Notes under the pieces: model-generated
What the model was told of the DNA's origin: nothing
What the model saw: the letters and a program-made list of their open reading frames with translations, nothing else
Databases searched by the model: none
Part shown: piece after piece, positions 41,038 to 64,000 of the stretch
How positions within the stretch are numbered: the first letter of the stretch is position 1
Layout: each line of letters opens with the position of its first letter
From: Eledone cirrhosa
Taxonomy: Eukaryota
DNA length: 64,000 bases
Assembly (NCBI GenBank): GCA_964016885.1
Contig: OZ024747.1
Coordinates: 47,492,001-47,556,000, forward strand
Reading direction: 5' to 3'
Position numbers and translations under genes: made by a program

Positions 41038-41445
41038 ATAATTGTTTCTACTTTTGGCACAAGGCCAGCAATTATCCAGTGCATTACTGGTACTTTATTT
41101 TATCGACTCCGTAAAGATGAAAGGCAAAGTTAACCTCGGCGGGATTTGAACTCAGAATGGAAAGGGTCGTAACTCTATGCGTCAAAGCATGGCGTGCGAC
41201 CCTCTACCGATACTGCCAATTCACCGGTAATAATGGTTTCTTATATAGGCACAAAGCCAGCAATTCTAGGGGAGGGGAAAGTCGATTAAATCGACCCTAG
41301 TGCGTGACTGGTACTTTATTTTATCGACCCCATAAGGATGAAAGACAAAGTTGACCTCGACAGGATTTGAACTCACAACATAAAGGACCGTAACTCTATG
41401 CGGAAAAACATTGTCCGACGCTCTACCGATACTGCCACTCCACCA
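41038..41445 (-). mobile_element. Two tandem Deu/Nin SINEs (short and long subfamilies)
   Basis: Second copy carries the extra GGGGAGGGGAAAGTCGATTAAATCGAC segment. Confidence 0.85.
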
Positions 41446-41489
41446 ATAATAATAATGATTTCATTTATTGGTCACAAGGGCCAATAATT

Positions 41490-42405
41490 ATAATAATAAT
41501 GCTTTCTTTGTTAACCACAAGGGTTGACATAAAGTATAACATTAAGGACAGCACAGGGCGGTACAAATGGGTATTTTTTTTTTTATTATATGTATAAAAA
41601 AAAAAAAAAAAGGATATAACAAAAAAAGAAACAATGAAAAATTCCCCAATAGGGGTGAGACCTCCAAGAGTCACTCGTGGATAAAACCCAGAAAAAAAGC
41701 CACTGTCACCCTGACCGCTAGAGCAAGTGCCCTCTTCCAGTTTTCCTCCTACGATACTACAGGCATATGTTCAGAGCAAGCCTATTCACATGGGCTATTC
41801 TTGCCTCTCTCACTCACCTTTCAACAAACTGGCTGCAAGGCAGCACTTCCCTCTCCACCCTGATTTCCCTTTTCAGGTAAAACCTGAAAAAGTTAATAAA
41901 GGCATCACGAAAGAGGAAATTGCCCGTCTTCAACCCTTTCAGATGCGTCCACCATGACCTCTTTTACCATGGCCACCAGGCACATAATAACTGCCTGCCC
42001 CTCCTGGTTAAAGGAGGGTGGCGGGGCAATCTTCACGATGGACTCAGCTGATAGCCAGATCCATCCTATACATGACAGCAGATGTTCGATATAAACCCAC
42101 AAGTCAGCGATGCTTGGACACTGGACGAGTGCATGCAGGACGGTTTCGTCGCCCTGCACGCATCTCGGACAGGCCTGGCTGATGGCTCTTCCATGCCGGC
42201 AGAGTTTATCCCAAACTGGCAAAGCTCCTCGGTAGCACTGCCAGGCCAGGGATTTCTGGAAGTTGTCCATGGCCGCCAGTCCGAAAGTTCTCCGGAAGAG
42301 ATTGGGTAGTTGACTTTCGTCGATGCCCAGAGTCACCCCCAAAGATCTCGTCGCTCTTTCCCTCCACTAAGCCTCTATAGAACGCTGTGGTGGAGTTTCC
42401 ACCGA
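41490..42405 (-). mobile_element. Related, diverged Tx1-like LINE family, 3' fragment with (ATT)n flanks
   Basis: ORF 41905..42342 MDNFQKSLAWQCYRGALPV..CPRC..ETVLHALVQC. Confidence 0.8.
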
Positions 42406-42524
42406 TCACAATAATAATAATAATTGTTTCTCCTTTTGGCACAAGGCCAGCAATTACCCAGTGCATTACTAGTACTTCATTTTATCAACCCCATAAGGAT
42501 GAAAGGCAAAATTAACCTCGACTT

Positions 42525-42940
42525 AAGGGCTGCACCCCATGGACAATGGCCGGTGACATCCACTGTAACAGCCTCTGAACCTTGCGGGTCTCCTTCCTCA
42601 GACGGACCACCAACATTCCGATCTTGCGGAGGAGCTCGGTAGTATGGGGTCCAAGTACACCTGAGGACTCAACGACAACCGGTGCAAAGAAGAAGCGACC
42701 GGACAACCCACGGTATTTGTTTATTTTATGTTCTTCTGCGCGGCGGGCCACGATGCCGGGGTTTGTTGCCGATGCCACTAAGCTGTAGATGGAGAATATG
42801 TCTAAGCAGGTGTCGTCCCAGATGAGGGATCTACCTCCTTCGAATGGGAAGAGGGTGATTCCGTCGGGACACTTACCATCTTCACGGTCTATGCCTGCTG
42901 GCTCCAGTTGAGATGGAAAACCAGCTGCGTCCAGGCTCCT
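42525..42940 (-). mobile_element. CRE-like LINE REL endonuclease fragment
   Basis: GKCPDGITLFPFEGGRSLIWDDTC...AEEHKINKYRGL...FAPVVVESSGVLG. Confidence 0.7.
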
Positions 42941-43589
42941 TCACGGTTGCTTCTGACAGGAACCACTAGAGTATTTGAGGACTCTGCCGCCATGACCCTC
43001 TCAGGAATAAGTAGGTGAAGAAGAAAAAGAATAAGATATTGTGTCTTTTTATGAGAAGTGTGGTAAAATGGTATATTGAAATGTATAGAAAATACAAAAC
43101 CAAAGTAGTTGGAATTACAGGAATACCTAAAGATAGAAAAACTGACTTATCAGCATAATAATTCTTCTTCTTCTTTGCCTACTTATTCCAGAGAGGGTTT
43201 TGGGGACAGAGTCCACAAACACTCCTTTGAGCAGGTCCTGTCAGAAGCAGCCATCTCCAACTGATCCAGCTGGATCCCCAAGTGACACCAGCCAAGCTCA
43301 TGGATGTTATCCAACCACCTTGCTCAGGATCTACCTCTGGGTCTCTTGCCAGTTGACTTTGCCCATAAAATCTGTCTAGTGATTCTTTCCTGAAAACATT
43401 CTAACCACATACCCATAGTATCAGAGCTGTGATCTCTCAATGTGAATCTCAAAGTGCTGTGAAAATTGAGATGCTCGCCCTCTCAAGAAAGTCTGTGCAG
43501 TGCACTCTACATGTAAATGATTGTTTTGGAAATTGTAACAAGAGTAAATATTATACAAATTTTTATTTTACTATTATTTACACTATTTT

Positions 43590-62717
<19,128 letters not shown>

Positions 62718-62943
62718 GTTTATGTGTTGGAAACAAAGCTAGATTAAAAAAAAAATACTGAATTTTATTTAGGTAATAAATAAAATTAATAACGATCAAT
62801 GAAAAAAATAATACTGTGCGTGTGTTTTAGAGATTGCTTTTGTCTTTTATCTATCAATTCTGTTTCTAATGAAATATTTACCAATCATTTCAACACAGTA
62901 ATAGTGCTGTCTTTAGACATGGACTCAAGGAAATATAGTAAAT

Positions 62944-63513
62944 AATTATTTCTACTTTTGGCACAAGGCCAGAAATTATCCCAGTGCATTACCGGTGCTT
63001 TATTTTATCGACCCCATAAGGATGAAAAGTTAACCTCAGCGGGATTTGAACTCAGACCGTAAAGGGACATAACTCTATGCTGCAAAGCATGGCGTCCGAC
63101 TCTCTCCCAATAGTACCAATCCACCGCCACTATATAGTAAATAATTGTTTCTACTTTTGGCACAAGGCCAGCAATTATCCCAGTGCATTACTGGTACTTT
63201 ATTTTATCGACCCCGTAAGGATGTAACCAAAGTTAACCTCAGTGAGATTTGAACTCAGACCGTAAATGACCGTAACTCTATGCTGCAAAGCATAGCGTCC
63301 GACCCTCTACCGATACTGCCAATAATGCAATAATTGTTTCTACTTTAGGCACAAGGCCAGCAATTACCCAGTGCATTACTGGTACTTTATTTTATCGACC
63401 CCGTAAGGATGAAAGGCAAAGTCAACCTCGGCGGGATTTGAACTCAGATCGTAAAGGGACGTAACTATGCTGGAAAACATGGCGTCCGACCCTCTACCGA
63501 TACTGCCAATCCA
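62944..63513 (-). mobile_element. Three tandem Deu/Nin SINEs
   Basis: Copies at ~62944, 63143 and 63331. Confidence 0.85.
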
Positions 63514-64000
63514 CGCAATAATGGTAATATATAATAGATATAGTTTAAATATATTTTATAATTTTATACTGATATTGAATCTCTAGCCTTCATAAAATGT
63601 TGGCCAGTTACAAATATTTCTACTGGTTAAAGTAGATCAGTGTTATGAATAATTAATAATTCAAAAAATCAGTTTCCATCATATGGTTGAATAATTATTG
63701 TCAGATTATCAAATCAGACCAAGTAAACAATCTTTCAATTGCTCTTTCCATTGCTAATACTGTCTGCCAGTTACAACTACTGGCAGAAGAAGGTAGGATT
63801 TGAACTCAAAACACACAGCACTGGATCGGATATTGTCAATCATTCCATCTAACTTTAACATTTCTACCTATCCACCACCCTTGGGCTGGTACTTTATTTA
63901 TTAACATCAAAAGGATGAAAGGCAAACGTAGCCTCGGAACAAATATCAGCACATTTAATCCAATGATTCTACCAATTCACAAATAATAATAAAGATTTCT

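Overview
AT-rich, microsatellite-dense eukaryotic DNA. The SINE families and repeat landscape suggest an octopod cephalopod (inference). One complete protein-coding gene was assembled by hand on the minus strand: TMEM241/SLC35D4, 14 small GT-AG coding exons between 62717 and 43590, 304 aa, mostly invisible to the ORF track. The rest is mobile DNA: over 20 Deu/Nin-domain tRNA SINEs, MetaSINE-type SINEs, 5'-truncated Tx1/L1-like, R4/Dong-like, CRE-like and RTE LINEs, Penelope-like RT and GIY-YIG fragments, mariner, Tigger, hAT and piggyBac-like elements, and many fold-back inverted repeats. The long ORFs in the track (poly-S/K, PTYL, YVCM, YI, HT) are microsatellite artefacts. The main finding is an apparently homogeneous 6.2 x 310-bp tandem array (30519-32442) in which every unit carries a type I hammerhead ribozyme motif, the architecture of a non-LTR retrozyme that could yield 310-nt circular RNAs. 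At least three further unrelated hammerhead-bearing element families lie nearby, one with a ~96-nt stem II. All folds were derived by eye and none has been tested.
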